Source: Chloroflexota bacterium
Lineage (GTDB): Bacteria > Chloroflexota > Dehalococcoidia > SM23-28-2 > RBG-16-64-32
Direction of reading: 5' to 3'
DNA length: 60,839 bases
Assembly (NCBI GenBank): GCA_022561635.1
Contig: JADFQV010000003.1
Location: forward strand, 1-60,839
How positions within the stretch are numbered: position 1 is the first letter of the stretch; each line of letters opens with the position of its first letter. The position numbers were made by a program, and so were the translations under genes. Positions 7,543-18,145 of the stretch are shown one piece after another. The notes under the pieces are model-generated. The model was not told where the DNA came from. It made no database searches and saw nothing but the letters and a program-made list of their open reading frames with translations.

Positions 7543-10500
7543 GCTACACAGAGCTGCACTGCCACTCCAACTTCTCGTTCCTCGACGGTGCCTCGCACAT
7601 CGAGGAGCTGGTGCTGCGGGCGGGTGAGCTGGGGCAGACGGCGCTGGCCCTGACGGACCACGACGGGCTGCACGGCGCGATGGAGTTCGCTCAGTGCGCA
7701 CGGGCCTGGGGCATCCGGCCGATCACCGGCGCCGAGATCACGCTGGCGAACCCGGACGGGGAGGCCGATCACCACCTGACGCTCCTCTGCGAAAACCAGC
7801 GTGGCTACGCCAACCTCTGCCGCCTGCTCACGCACGCGCACCTGGACCACGAACGGGGCGAGCCGCGCGTGGAGTTGAACGAGCTGACACAGCACACGGA
7901 GGGGCTGATCGCGCTCTCTGGCTGTCGCCAGGGTGAGGTGCCGTCGCTGGTGGCTCGGGGGCAACACCGGGAGGCCGAGGCGGCGGCACGGCGCTACGCG
8001 CAGGCCTTTGGCGACGGCAACTTCTTCCTCGAGCTGCAGAACAACCTCGTCTATGGCGACACGCGGCGCAACCGCGACCTCGCTGACCTCGCGGAGCACC
8101 TCGGTCTCGGTGTCGTCGCGACTGGCGATGTGCACTACCATCGGCAAGAGCGGCACCGGCTCCAGGACGTGCTCGTCGCGATCAAGAACCGCACGAGCCT
8201 CGACGCCTCGCACCGTCAGCGCCGCGAGAACTGCGAGTACCACTTGCGCCCGCCCGCTGAGATGGCCGAGCTCTTCAGCGATCAGCCGCAGGCGATCGCC
8301 AACACGGAGCGCATCGCCGAGCGCTGCCAGTTCGACCTCACGCGCGACCTCGACTACCGCTTTCCGGACTGTCCGGCGCCGGAGGGTGAGACGCCCGAGT
8401 CGTACCTGCGGCAGATCTGCCACCGCGAAGCGGTCCTGCGCTATCCGCAGTTCACCGCCGAGGTCGAGTCCCGACTCGAAGAGGAGTTGCGCCTCGTCGA
8501 GAAGCACGGCCTTTCCGGCTTCTTTCTGATCCACCGCGAGATCCTGAAGCTGGCCGAGGAGGTCGCGCACAAGCTCAAGGGCCGGCCCTATCACGGTTCG
8601 CCAGGGCGCGGCCGCGGCTCATCCGTCGGGTCGGTGATCTGCTACCTGATCGGCCTCTCGCACATCGACCCGATCGCGAACAACCTCTTCCTCGGCCGCT
8701 TCCTGAATGAGGAGATGGCTTCCGTGCCGGACATCGACCTGGACTTCCCGCGCGATATCCGGGAGCGGTTGATGCTGCGCGTCTACGAGCACTTTGGGAA
8801 CGATCACGTCGGGCTCGTCGCCACGTTCCCGACTTATCGCATCCGCAGCGCGGTGCGTGAAGTGGGCAAAGCGCTCGGCCTGCCCGCCGCCGAGCTTGAT
8901 CGCCTCGCGAAGGTGAGCGAGGGTGGCTCGGCCAAGGGTGTTCGTTCGGAGATGGAGCGGCTGGCCCACTTCCGCGAGAAGCTGGGCGCTAAGGGCGGGC
9001 GCGGCTGGCAACACCTGGCCGATCTGGTGGAGCAGATCGCGGGGTTCCCGCGCCACATCAGCCAGCACGTCGGCGGCATGGTCATCTCCTCGCGGCCGCT
9101 GATCGACCTCGTGCCGCTGGAGCAATCGGCGATGGAGGGCCGCGTGCTCATGCAGTGGGACAAGGACTCTGTGGACGACGCCCGCATGATCAAGATCGAC
9201 TTCCTCGCCCTGGGGATGCTCTCCGCCGTCGACGAATGCCTCGACCTCGTCGAGGAGACGCGGGGCAAGCGGATCGACCTTTCGCGCATCGACTTTGGCG
9301 ACGAGCGCGTCTACGACTCAATCTGCAAGGCCGATACGATGGGCGTCTTCCAGATCGAATCGCGAGCCCAGATGCAGACGCTGCCGCGTGTGCGCCCGCG
9401 CTGCCTCGACGACCTGACCGTTGAAGTGGCGCTCATCCGGCCCGGCCCGATCATCGGCGGTGCGGTCAACCCTTACATCGCCCGGCGCATGGGCCGCGAG
9501 CCGGTGACGTTCGATCATCCGTCGCTGAAGCCGGCGCTGGGGGAGACGCTGGGCGTCATCATCTACCAGGAGCAGGTGCTGCAGGTGGCGATGGCGCTGG
9601 CCGGGTTCACGGCCGGGCAGGCCGAGAGTTTGCGCCGGGCGATGAGCCGCAAACGCTCGCAGGAAGCGCTCGAGAAGCTGAAGGGCGAGTTCGTCGCGGG
9701 CGCCCTGGCGAACGGCGTGTCAGAGGAGGTGGCGGAGGCCGTCTTTCAGAAGATCATCGGCTTCGCCGCGTTCGGCTTCCCGAAGTCGCACGCGGCCGCC
9801 TTCGGGCTGCTCGCTTACCAGAGTTCGTGGCTCCGGGCGTACTACCCGGCCGAGTTCCTCTGCGCGCTGTTCAACGCTCAGCCCATGGGCTTCTACGGTC
9901 CCCACGTCTTGCTCAACGATGGCAGGCGCCACGGCGTCGACGTCCTGCCGCCGGACATCAACCAGAGCGGCGCCGATTGCAGCATCGAGGGCGCCGCCGT
10001 TCGCATCGGCCTGCGTTACACGCGTGGGCTAAGTAAGGAGGCCGCGCAGCCAGTCGAGGCCGAGCGCGAGCGCAACGGGGAGTTTCGCTCGCTGTTCAAC
10101 TTCCTGGAGCGCACCAGCCTCAAGCGCGAGTCCATCGGCAACCTGATCGCCTGCGGCGCCTTCGACTCCTTCGGCCTCGAACGACGGCAGCTCCTCTGGC
10201 AGCTCGGTTTGCTCTATCGCTCCGAAGACCGCAACCGCTCGGAGCGGCAGCTGGCGCTGGCGCTCCCGGTCGAGCAGGACATGGTTCCCCTGCGCCCGAT
10301 GACCGACTGGGACCGCATGACCGCCGACTACACGATCCTCGGCATGTCGCCCAGCCACCATCCGATGGCCTTCCTGCGGCCGGGGTTGAACGAAGCGATC
10401 GCGCCTACGCACATGCTCGGCAGCCTGGAGGACGGGACGCCGGTGCAGGTGGCGGGAATGGTTGTCTGCCGGCAGCGCCCCGGAAGCGCCAAGGGCTTCG

Positions 10501-10715
10501 TCTTCCTCCTGCTCGAAGACGAGTTCGGGCTGGCAAACATCATCGTCCGCCCGCACCTCTACGAGGCCGAGCGCTCGCTGGTGCGGGCGGAGCCGTTCGT
10601 CGTCGTCCACGGCACGCTGGAGCGCCGCGACGGCACGCTAAACGTCGCCGCCCGGCGCATCTCGGCGCTGGCCACGCCGCAGGCGATCGCGCCGGAAGCG
10701 CACAACTTCGGCTGA
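7539..10715 (+). CDS. dnaE2: error-prone DNA polymerase III alpha subunit DnaE2
   Basis: ORF 7476..10715 trimmed to ATG 7539. It has the PHP-domain N-terminus MSYTELHCHSNFSFLDGAS, a Pol III alpha core (GVFQIESRAQM) and a C-terminal OB fold. It is about 1058 aa with no tau/beta-binding tail, which is typical of DnaE2. Confidence 0.9.
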   Translation: MSYTELHCHSNFSFLDGASHIEELVLRAGELGQTALALTDHDGLHGAMEFAQCARAWGIRPITGAEITLANPDGEADHHLTLLCENQRGYANLCRLLTHAHLDHERGEPRVELNELTQHTEGLIALSGCRQGEVPSLVARGQHREAEAAARRYAQAFGDGNFFLELQNNLVYGDTRRNRDLADLAEHLGLGVVATGDVHYHRQERHRLQDVLVAIKNRTSLDASHRQRRENCEYHLRPPAEMAELFSDQPQAIANTERIAERCQFDLTRDLDYRFPDCPAPEGETPESYLRQICHREAVLRYPQFTAEVESRLEEELRLVEKHGLSGFFLIHREILKLAEEVAHKLKGRPYHGSPGRGRGSSVGSVICYLIGLSHIDPIANNLFLGRFLNEEMASVPDIDLDFPRDIRERLMLRVYEHFGNDHVGLVATFPTYRIRSAVREVGKALGLPAAELDRLAKVSEGGSAKGVRSEMERLAHFREKLGAKGGRGWQHLADLVEQIAGFPRHISQHVGGMVISSRPLIDLVPLEQSAMEGRVLMQWDKDSVDDARMIKIDFLALGMLSAVDECLDLVEETRGKRIDLSRIDFGDERVYDSICKADTMGVFQIESRAQMQTLPRVRPRCLDDLTVEVALIRPGPIIGGAVNPYIARRMGREPVTFDHPSLKPALGETLGVIIYQEQVLQVAMALAGFTAGQAESLRRAMSRKRSQEALEKLKGEFVAGALANGVSEEVAEAVFQKIIGFAAFGFPKSHAAAFGLLAYQSSWLRAYYPAEFLCALFNAQPMGFYGPHVLLNDGRRHGVDVLPPDINQSGADCSIEGAAVRIGLRYTRGLSKEAAQPVEAERERNGEFRSLFNFLERTSLKRESIGNLIACGAFDSFGLERRQLLWQLGLLYRSEDRNRSERQLALALPVEQDMVPLRPMTDWDRMTADYTILGMSPSHHPMAFLRPGLNEAIAPTHMLGSLEDGTPVQVAGMVVCRQRPGSAKGFVFLLLEDEFGLANIIVRPHLYEAERSLVRAEPFVVVHGTLERRDGTLNVAARRISALATPQAIAPEAHNFG

Positions 10716-10718
10716 GGG

Positions 10719-11639
10719 CTAACCTTCCGGCAGGGGCCCGTCGCTTAGCTGTTCGGGCACGGTGCCTGGCTCCGAGATGGTGCCGGGCGACCAGCGCGCG
10801 AAGAGCGTGTAGCGCAGGATCAGCCCGATGATGATGACGGCGCCGCCGATGGCCGTGGCCAGAGTCGGGATCTCGCCGATGATGAGGACGACCCAGATCG
10901 GGTTGAGCACCGGCTCCACCAAAGCGATAAGGCTGGCCTCGGTGCTGGCCACCGTGTGCAGGCCGTGCGCGAATAGCGTGTACGGGATGGCGAACTGGAC
11001 AGCCGCCATCAGGGCCAGCAGCGCGGCGTCGCGGCCGCTGACGTCCCAGACACCCGGCACAAAGGCGAAGATGAGGGCGACGGCGCCGCAGTGGATGAAC
11101 GTCAGGAGAACGGAATTCGCGTACTTCATGCGCCGCAGCCACATCATGTAGAGGCCGAAGAAGAGCCCGCTGCCCAGGCCCATGATCATGCCCGTCAGGT
11201 CGCCGGAGCCGGCATTGCCTGCGAACAGGATCACCACGCCCGTCAGGCAGATGACCAGGGCCGCCAGGTCGATCCCGCGCAACCGCTCGCGCAGAAGCAC
11301 GGGCGCCAAGGCGATGACGTAGAACGGCGCCGTGTACTGCAAGAAGATGGCGTTCGCCGCCGATGTCTCCTTCGTCGAGGAGACGAAGAGCCAGAGGAGC
11401 GCCGCGAAGAGGCCGACGCCAATCACGACGTCGAACGGTTTCGGCGCGTTTCGCAGCCTGACGAGCGGAACCAGGAAGATGGCGGCGAAGAAGCAGCGGA
11501 AGAACGTGATGCTGGTGGCGTCGGCGTCGATCTCTTTGATGAAGACGCCGTTCGTGCTCCACAGCACGGCCGCCAGCAGGATCGTCAGGCGACCCGTCGT
11601 CAGCGGGCTTAGAGACGGTGTGGGTAGCCTGGCAACCAT
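10719..11639 (-). CDS. EamA/DMT-family transporter
   Basis: 306-aa ORF that is hydrophobic throughout, with about 10 predicted TM segments and a two-EamA-repeat layout. Confidence 0.75.
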   Translation of the reverse strand: MVARLPTPSLSPLTTGRLTILLAAVLWSTNGVFIKEIDADATSITFFRCFFAAIFLVPLVRLRNAPKPFDVVIGVGLFAALLWLFVSSTKETSAANAIFLQYTAPFYVIALAPVLLRERLRGIDLAALVICLTGVVILFAGNAGSGDLTGMIMGLGSGLFFGLYMMWLRRMKYANSVLLTFIHCGAVALIFAFVPGVWDVSGRDAALLALMAAVQFAIPYTLFAHGLHTVASTEASLIALVEPVLNPIWVVLIIGEIPTLATAIGGAVIIIGLILRYTLFARWSPGTISEPGTVPEQLSDGPLPEG

Positions 11640-11695
11640 GCCCCACAGGATACGAGCCGCCGCCTCGACGTGCGATCAGGACCGCGGCTTAGGCG

Positions 11696-12328
11696 TCAGT
11701 CGTTGCGGGGAGTGGCGAAGCCCAGGGCGTGCGGCCGCGTGAAGATCATGGGCGGGATCGGCGGTGTCGGCATACTGAACTCGACGCGGGTCACCTCGAA
11801 TCCCGCGTCGCGTATCGAGTCGACAGTTCTCCGGTTCGGGTGGCAGCCCGCGCCGACCCAGCCCCAGAACGGTGCGATCAGCGTCTGGCTCAGCGCGCCG
11901 ATCGGGTTCTCGTAGCGGACGTGCTCGAAGAAGCGGTATTCGCCCCCCGGCTTAAGCACCCGGCGCACCTCTGCCAGCGCCTCGGCCTGGTCATCGACCG
12001 AGCACATGACGAGAGTGCCGACGACGGTGTCGAAGCTCGCGTCCTCGAAGGGCAGCTTCGCCGCCGACGCCTGCTTGAGCTCGATCCGCGCCTTAGCCTC
12101 ACCAGCCCGGTCCTCTGCCTTGCGCATCATGAACGGGTCGGGCTCTGTCGCCACGACTTCGAGGCCGTCCTGGTAGTAGGCGAAGTTGGCGCCTGTCCCG
12201 GCGCCGATCTCAAGGACGCGCCCGCTGGCGCCGCCGGCGATCTCCTTCCGCACGTGCTTCAAGAAGCCACGTTCTGCCGGCGCCGTCATGCGATCGTAGA
12301 CCGCCGCGAACCACTTGTGACCCTGCAT
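11696..12328 (-). CDS. class I SAM-dependent methyltransferase
   Basis: 210-aa ORF with SAM motif I, VLEIGAGTGANF, and a Methyltransf_11-like layout. Confidence 0.8.
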   Translation of the reverse strand: MQGHKWFAAVYDRMTAPAERGFLKHVRKEIAGGASGRVLEIGAGTGANFAYYQDGLEVVATEPDPFMMRKAEDRAGEAKARIELKQASAAKLPFEDASFDTVVGTLVMCSVDDQAEALAEVRRVLKPGGEYRFFEHVRYENPIGALSQTLIAPFWGWVGAGCHPNRRTVDSIRDAGFEVTRVEFSMPTPPIPPMIFTRPHALGFATPRND

Positions 12329-12358
12329 CAGTGTTTCCTCCGTTTGGCGGTCGCCCGG

Positions 12359-12781
12359 CTAGGCAGGCTTCATTACGACCACCGGAATCTCGCGGTCGGC
12401 GGTCTTCTGGTAGTTGGCGTAACCGGCGTACTGGTCCACGGCCTTCTGCCACAGACGCTCGCGCTCTTCGCCAGTCGCCTCCTCAGCAAGCATCTGGCGA
12501 ACGTCGCGCTTGATCTGCACGGTAGCCTCGGGGTTGGCCTTGAGGTTGAGCCACCACTGAGGGTGCACCTTGTGACCGGCGTTGGAGGCGATGAAGACGA
12601 CGTTGTCGCCATCGATGATTGGTTGCAGCGGCGTCGTGTACTTACGCCCAGACTTGCGCCCAGTCGTGGTCAAGAGCCCCACGGGCGTGCCTATCCAGCT
12701 GCCGACGAGGCCGCCAGAAACGCGATACCAGAAGGTGTGCGTTCGCGAGAAGAGCTTCATGACGGTTGGGTTCACGGGCAT
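12359..12781 (-). CDS. deazaflavin (F420)-dependent nitroreductase-family protein (Ddn-like)
   Basis: ORF 12359..12838 trimmed to ATG 12781, which is preceded by AAGGAGG. LLTTTGRKSGRKYTTPL...NAGHKVHPQWWLNLKANPEATVQ is typical of the Ddn/F420H2-dependent split-barrel family. Confidence 0.8.
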   Translation of the reverse strand: MPVNPTVMKLFSRTHTFWYRVSGGLVGSWIGTPVGLLTTTGRKSGRKYTTPLQPIIDGDNVVFIASNAGHKVHPQWWLNLKANPEATVQIKRDVRQMLAEEATGEERERLWQKAVDQYAGYANYQKTADREIPVVVMKPA

Positions 12782-12853
12782 GTTAGGCCTCCTTCGTAGG
12801 AGCACAGTATAGCTGTACGGGCGTGAGCCGCGTCGCACCGCGGTGGTAGGTTC

Positions 12854-12882
12854 TTGACGGCTGCTTCGTCCAGGCCTACGTT
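12854..12882 (+). promoter_or_regulatory. candidate promoter TTGACG-N17-TACGTT for the downstream methyltransferase
   Basis: TTGACG at 12854..12859 and TACGTT at 12877..12882. It sits in the divergent intergenic region 12782..12904. Hexamer match only. Confidence 0.35.
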
Positions 12883-12904
12883 CTTTCTCTGGAGTCAGAC
12901 GCCT

Positions 12905-13729
12905 ATGTCATTGCTAAGTAGAGTTCGCTTTCTGGTGAGGCACCCGCTGGCCACCGCCGGCTACGTCGTGACGCGCGACCGGTCGCACCTCGAGCGGGCG
13001 CGGTTGATGGACCTGAGCGCCGAGGGCGTCCCGGAGATCGACGATCTGGTCGAATACCTGCAGATCTCTCTGCCGGAGGCGGTGGCGAATCTCTCGCGAG
13101 GCGAAGAGATGGTGGCGAGCAGCTTCACGGAGGCCAATCCCGGGACGGCCGAAGAGATGCGCGAATGGCACCGCAACTGCCCGGAGTTCCTCTTCGACCT
13201 GGTGATCTGGAACATCGACCCGAAATACCGGACCCTGCTCGATATGCTGCGGGATGAGAGCGAAGGCGTGTGCCTGTCCTTCGGCGGCGGCATCGGGACG
13301 GAGGCTCTTCGGCTGGCCGAACAGGGCAACAACGTCTGGTACTGCGATGTCCCCGACTCGCCGGTCTGGCATTTCGCGCAGTGGCGGGCCGAACGGCGCG
13401 GTCTGCCCATCCGCTTCACGGCCGAGATACCGGATGACGAGACGTTCGACTGCGTCGTTGCCATCAACGTTTTCAGCAGCATGAACGAATCAGAACTGCC
13501 CGCGATCGTCGAAAGGCTGGTGGCGGCGATGCGCCCCGGCGGCCGGCTTTACTGCTCGCTGGACTTCGTCCCCAGGGCCGACCATCCCTACCTGCAAGAC
13601 CACGACCGGCTCTGGCTGGCACTCGTTGAGAGGCTACCGCTTGAGGAGATCGACGAGCTGCGAGTGCCGAGCTCGGATCCCAGGCAGTACGTCGCGGTCT
13701 ACGTGAAGCAGGCGACGGCGGCCGGCTAG
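12905..13729 (+). CDS. SAM-dependent methyltransferase-like protein
   Basis: ORF 12854..13729 trimmed to ATG 12905, with GGAG 10 nt upstream. It has a motif I-like CLSFGGGIGTEALRLAEQG and a post-I acidic residue (YCDV). Confidence 0.65.
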   Translation: MSLLSRVRFLVRHPLATAGYVVTRDRSHLERARLMDLSAEGVPEIDDLVEYLQISLPEAVANLSRGEEMVASSFTEANPGTAEEMREWHRNCPEFLFDLVIWNIDPKYRTLLDMLRDESEGVCLSFGGGIGTEALRLAEQGNNVWYCDVPDSPVWHFAQWRAERRGLPIRFTAEIPDDETFDCVVAINVFSSMNESELPAIVERLVAAMRPGGRLYCSLDFVPRADHPYLQDHDRLWLALVERLPLEEIDELRVPSSDPRQYVAVYVKQATAAG

Positions 13730-13796
13730 ATCAGCGTTCCAGGGCTGGCTTTCAAGCGGCCTTGGGGCTACGGTCGGGTGAAGGAGGTCTAACGTA

Positions 13797-15473
13797 ATGC
13801 GATCGAAGTGGTGGGGCTGGGGCCGGGAGGGTGAATCCTACCACCTGCCCGACCCTGAGCGGTTCTGGTCCTATGTGCGCGCTCGCCTGGGCAAGACTGA
13901 GCCGACGGAGCGCCTGGAGTCGCCCTCCGAGATCAAGCTGTCGCCCAGCGGACTCAGCGATGGCGTCGTCTCGGAACTCTCCGCCGCCGTCGGGGCGCAG
14001 AGCGTTTCGACCGACGCCGCCACCCGCGCCGTCTTCAGCCTCGGCAAGGGATACAAGGACCTGATCCGCATCCGCCGCGGCGAGGTGCCGAACCCCACGG
14101 ACGTCGTCGTTACTCCGGGCACGGAGGAGCACGTACTAGAGGTCCTGAAGTTGGCGCGGCGACATGGCCTTGCCGTGATCCCATTCGGCGGCGGCACGTC
14201 CGTCGTCGGTGGCGTCGAACCGGCCGCCGGCCGGACTTCGATCACCCTCGACCTGGCCGACTTGAGCAGGCCGCTCGCCATCGACCAGCACTCAGCCACC
14301 GCCACCGTGCAAGCCGGCATCATGGGCCCCGACCTGGAGCGCTTCCTCAACCCCAGCGGCTTCACTCTCGGCCACTTCCCGCAGTCTTTCGTCTATTCGA
14401 CTGTCGGCGGCTGGATCGCCACCCGCTCGGCCGGCCAGAACTCGACGCACTACGGGACCATCGCCGAGCACGTCCAGTCGCTGCACCTCGCTCACCCGGA
14501 CGGCCTGCTCACCACCCCGAGCGTACCGGCCGCGGCTGCCGGTCCGGACCTCGTGCAGGTGATCACCGGATCAGAGGGCACGCTGGGTGTCATCACGCAA
14601 GCCACGCTACGGCTCTCTCGACTGCCCGAATACGATGACTTCAGAGGGTACCTCCTGCCGTCGTTTGCGGCAGGTGTGGAGGCCGCGCGCGAGATCATGC
14701 AGGCGGGCCTCTCACCGTCAGTTCTTCGGGTTTCCGACGAGACGGAGACGGAATCGGCGCTGGCGATGAGGGCGCCGCCGACGGGATTCGCCGGCGTCCT
14801 CGAGGGTGCCGGCCGCTGGTACCTGGGGCGACGGGGCCTCAGCCTGGAGTCGGGGTCTGTGATGATCCTCGGCTTCGAAGGCACCGAGGCCGACGTCAAG
14901 CACGAGCGCGCGGCGGCAAAGAAGATTCTCAGCCGCCACGGCGCCTTCTCGATCGGCAAAGGCGCCGGCCGCGCGTGGCAACGCGGACGGTACGAAGCCC
15001 CTCTCCTCCGCGACACTCTCCTGGATCACGGTCTCATCGTCGAAACGCTGGAGACGGCCGTGCCCTGGGATCGCTACCTCGCCCTTCACGCCGCCGTGCG
15101 CGAGGCTATCTACGAGGCGCTGGGTGAGCGCAGTGTCGTCATGGCTCACCTTTCGCACTCCTACCGTGACGGAGGCTCGATCTACTACACGTTCCTGGCG
15201 CCACAGGAGAAAGGCGCGGAGTTGGAGCAGTGGGAACGCGTAAAGACGGCGGCCACTGAGGCGATCGTCCGCAACGGCGGTGCGCTCAGCCACCACCACG
15301 GCATCGGGGCGGATCATCGCCGCTGGATGCCCGCCTACCTGGGCGATCAGGGCGCTCGCTGGCTCTCTGCGATCAAGACGGCGATCGATCCCGACGACAT
15401 ACTCAACCCCGGCAAGCTCGTACCACCTTCCACAGAAGCGCGTCGATCCCCTGCGGCCGCGGACGATGGCTGA
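13797..15473 (+). CDS. FAD-linked oxidase, alkyl-dihydroxyacetonephosphate synthase (AGPS)-like
   Basis: 558-aa ORF with AAGGAGG upstream. The N-terminus MRSKWWGWG and the FAD_binding_4 block (AVIPFGGGTSVVGG) are as in bacterial AGPS-like flavoproteins. Confidence 0.85.
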   Translation: MRSKWWGWGREGESYHLPDPERFWSYVRARLGKTEPTERLESPSEIKLSPSGLSDGVVSELSAAVGAQSVSTDAATRAVFSLGKGYKDLIRIRRGEVPNPTDVVVTPGTEEHVLEVLKLARRHGLAVIPFGGGTSVVGGVEPAAGRTSITLDLADLSRPLAIDQHSATATVQAGIMGPDLERFLNPSGFTLGHFPQSFVYSTVGGWIATRSAGQNSTHYGTIAEHVQSLHLAHPDGLLTTPSVPAAAAGPDLVQVITGSEGTLGVITQATLRLSRLPEYDDFRGYLLPSFAAGVEAAREIMQAGLSPSVLRVSDETETESALAMRAPPTGFAGVLEGAGRWYLGRRGLSLESGSVMILGFEGTEADVKHERAAAKKILSRHGAFSIGKGAGRAWQRGRYEAPLLRDTLLDHGLIVETLETAVPWDRYLALHAAVREAIYEALGERSVVMAHLSHSYRDGGSIYYTFLAPQEKGAELEQWERVKTAATEAIVRNGGALSHHHGIGADHRRWMPAYLGDQGARWLSAIKTAIDPDDILNPGKLVPPSTEARRSPAAADDG

Positions 15474-17154
15474 ACCGGTCTCCCTGCCGGGTCGTCGCTC
15501 GCAGCGCGGTGACATGTTGGAGCGCCTCCGCCGCGAGACGTTCGACCTGGCGGTCGTCGGCGGCGGCATCACCGGCGCCTGGGTGGCGCGGGACGCCGCG
15601 ATGCGCGGGCTCAGTGTGGCCCTCGTCGAGAGGGGAGACTTCGCCTCCGGCACCAGCAGCCGCTCGTCACGCCTCATTCACGGCGGCCTCCGCTACCTGC
15701 GCCACGCACACATCAGCCTTGTGCGAGAAGGGCTACGGGAGCGCGGGCGGCTGTTGCGTCTCGCTCCGCACCTCGTGCGGCCGATCGCCTTTACGCTGCC
15801 CGTCTACAAAGGTGGCCGGGACAACCCCCTTCTGATGCGGATCGGTCTGACCGGATACGACCTGATGGCCGGCAAGCTGGGGATGGGCCGGCACCGGGTC
15901 CGGTCGCGCCAACAGTTGATCGAGGATGAGCCCGCCCTGCGCAGCGACGGTCTTCGCTCCGGGTTCCGGTACTTCGACGCGATCACCAACGACGCCCGCT
16001 TGACGCTGGCCCTTGTGCTGTCAGCGACCGACCACGGCGCTGCCGTCGCCAACTACGTCGAGGCCGCGTCGCTCGAGATGACGGGAGGGCGCACCAGCGG
16101 CCTGAACTGCCGCGACATCGTGAGCGGCGACGAGCTGACGGTTCGCGCCCGCTCCGTCATCGGCGCCGCCGGCCCCTGGACAGACGAGTGGCGCGGCAGG
16201 TTCGGTGAAGCCGCCGTCCTGCGTCCGACGAAGGGCATCCACGTGGTGCTGCCGCGCGAGCTACTGCACACGGACTCCGTCGTCGCCTTCTTCTGGCAGG
16301 AGCGGCCGTTGTTCGTCGTGCCGGCCGGGCGCTACAGCTACGTGGGTACGACCGACACGGACTGGTCAGGCGATCCAGGCGGAGTGGAGGCCGACGCTGC
16401 GGACGTCAGTCTGGTTCTCGACGCGATCAACGCCAACTTCAACGTCGAGGTAAGCCCGGCCGACGTGACCTCGACGTGGGCTGGTGTGCGCCCCCTGATC
16501 GCGGACGAAGGCTCGCCTTCGCCATCCGCAGTGTCCCGCGACTACGAAGTCCTCGAGGGCCCTCGGGGCGCTTACGCGATCGTCGGCGGCAAGCTGACGA
16601 ACGCCCGCGCCATGGCGGAGCGTGCCGTCGACCAGGTCGTCGAAGCTGAGGCCGGCGTCCTCTCACGGAGTCCGGCCGGCTGCCGAACGGCGCGCGCGCC
16701 CTTGCCCGGCGCGACCGCGCGCTTCGATCGCTATCGCGCACAGGCCGTCGCTGCTCTCGTCCGTGGCTGGGACATCTCCGACGAGGCAGCGGGGCATCTC
16801 GTGGACACTCACGGCACGGACCACGTGCGGGTGCTGGCTCAGGCCCGGAAGGACCCCGAACTGCTCGAACCCGTTGTGCCGGGCTCGCCGGTACTCCTCG
16901 CCGAGGCTGCGTTCGCGGCGGAGGCGGAGATGGCGGTGAGCCTTGAGGACTTCATGCGCCGCCGCAGCGATCTCATGCTCTTCAGCTCCGAAGCGAGCTG
17001 CGCAGCCTCCGAGCGAATTGCGGCTGTACTCGGTCGGACGCTCGGGTGGAATGAGCACGAAGTCGGCGAGCAGGTGGAGGCGTATCGCATGGCTGTCGGG
17101 CAGATGATGGCGTTTCGGGGCGATCAGACCGACTCGGCACGGTCCGGCCCATGA
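15466..17154 (+). CDS. glpD: FAD-dependent glycerol-3-phosphate dehydrogenase
   Basis: ORF 15280..17154 trimmed to ATG 15466, an 8-nt overlap with the upstream stop. It has the dinucleotide fold DLAVVGGGITGAWVARDAAMRGLSV, the SSRSSRLIHGGLRY block and a GlpD C-terminal domain. Confidence 0.85.
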   Translation: MAEPVSLPGRRSQRGDMLERLRRETFDLAVVGGGITGAWVARDAAMRGLSVALVERGDFASGTSSRSSRLIHGGLRYLRHAHISLVREGLRERGRLLRLAPHLVRPIAFTLPVYKGGRDNPLLMRIGLTGYDLMAGKLGMGRHRVRSRQQLIEDEPALRSDGLRSGFRYFDAITNDARLTLALVLSATDHGAAVANYVEAASLEMTGGRTSGLNCRDIVSGDELTVRARSVIGAAGPWTDEWRGRFGEAAVLRPTKGIHVVLPRELLHTDSVVAFFWQERPLFVVPAGRYSYVGTTDTDWSGDPGGVEADAADVSLVLDAINANFNVEVSPADVTSTWAGVRPLIADEGSPSPSAVSRDYEVLEGPRGAYAIVGGKLTNARAMAERAVDQVVEAEAGVLSRSPAGCRTARAPLPGATARFDRYRAQAVAALVRGWDISDEAAGHLVDTHGTDHVRVLAQARKDPELLEPVVPGSPVLLAEAAFAAEAEMAVSLEDFMRRRSDLMLFSSEASCAASERIAAVLGRTLGWNEHEVGEQVEAYRMAVGQMMAFRGDQTDSARSGP

Positions 17155-18062
17155 CGCCCCGCCTTCTGCTGATCGTCAATCCGCGCTCGGCGAACAGGTC
17201 CACGGGCCGGCACTGGCGGAAGCTGCGCAAGCGGCTAAAAGAGGTGCTGCCGCCGTTCCGGGCGATTCGTACTGCCGGGCCGGGAGACGCGGCCCGCTTC
17301 GCCGCAAAGGCGGCCGGACGGTACGAGGTGGTGGTTGCCGTCGGTGGCGACGGGACGATCGGAGAAGTCGCCGACGGACTCCTTGCGAACGGCGCCGGCG
17401 GCACGGCGCTCGGTGTGCTCCCCCGCGGCACTGGGAGTGATTTCGTGCGGACGCTGGAAATTCCGCGCGACATGGACAAAGCCGCAGCGCTGCTGGCGCG
17501 GGGAAACCGCCGCCAGATCGACGTCGGCCGCGCGACGTTTACGGACTTCGATGGCAAACGATCATCACGCTGGTTCGTCAACGCCGCGGAAGTCGGCATG
17601 GGCGCCATGGTCTGCCGCGAGGTCAATCGCGCTAAACGGAGGTTGTCAGGTCAGGCGGCGTTCTGGTGGGCGATTCTCACCACAGCGCGACGCTATCAGC
17701 CCGCCGTCGCGGCGTTCGTGACCAACGGCTCGCCGGCGCGGGAGCTGCTGCTGAACAACGCCTGGATCGCCAACGGCTGCTACTCGGGAGGTGGTATGAG
17801 GACGGCGCCCCGGGCCAGGCTGGATGACGGGCTGCTCGACGCCGTCGTCGTTGAGCAGGCTGGCGTCTGGCGGCGGCTTGCCGGGCTGCCGAAGCTGCGC
17901 AACGGCACGTTCGTCGAAATGCCGGAGGTGGAATATCGGCAGGCGGCACGCGTGGAGTTCACGGCGGAGACGCCGATCATGGTAGAGACGGACGGCGACG
18001 CCGTGGGCACCACGCCCGCGACGTTCGAATGCCTGCCCGGCCAGCTTACCGTCGTCGCCTGA
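17151..18062 (+). CDS. diacylglycerol kinase-family lipid kinase (DAGK/sphingosine-kinase catalytic fold)
   Basis: 303-aa ORF with an ATGA overlap with glpD. It carries the DAGK_cat motif VVVAVGGDGTIGEVADGL. Confidence 0.85.
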   Translation: MTPRLLLIVNPRSANRSTGRHWRKLRKRLKEVLPPFRAIRTAGPGDAARFAAKAAGRYEVVVAVGGDGTIGEVADGLLANGAGGTALGVLPRGTGSDFVRTLEIPRDMDKAAALLARGNRRQIDVGRATFTDFDGKRSSRWFVNAAEVGMGAMVCREVNRAKRRLSGQAAFWWAILTTARRYQPAVAAFVTNGSPARELLLNNAWIANGCYSGGGMRTAPRARLDDGLLDAVVVEQAGVWRRLAGLPKLRNGTFVEMPEVEYRQAARVEFTAETPIMVETDGDAVGTTPATFECLPGQLTVVA

Positions 18063-18145
18063 CAGTCCCGGGCCGACGTTCGGTCGCGCGCTAAGCAACG
18101 AGCCGATAGGCACGTCAGCGGCGGGACTTGAGGCCCTCCATTTTG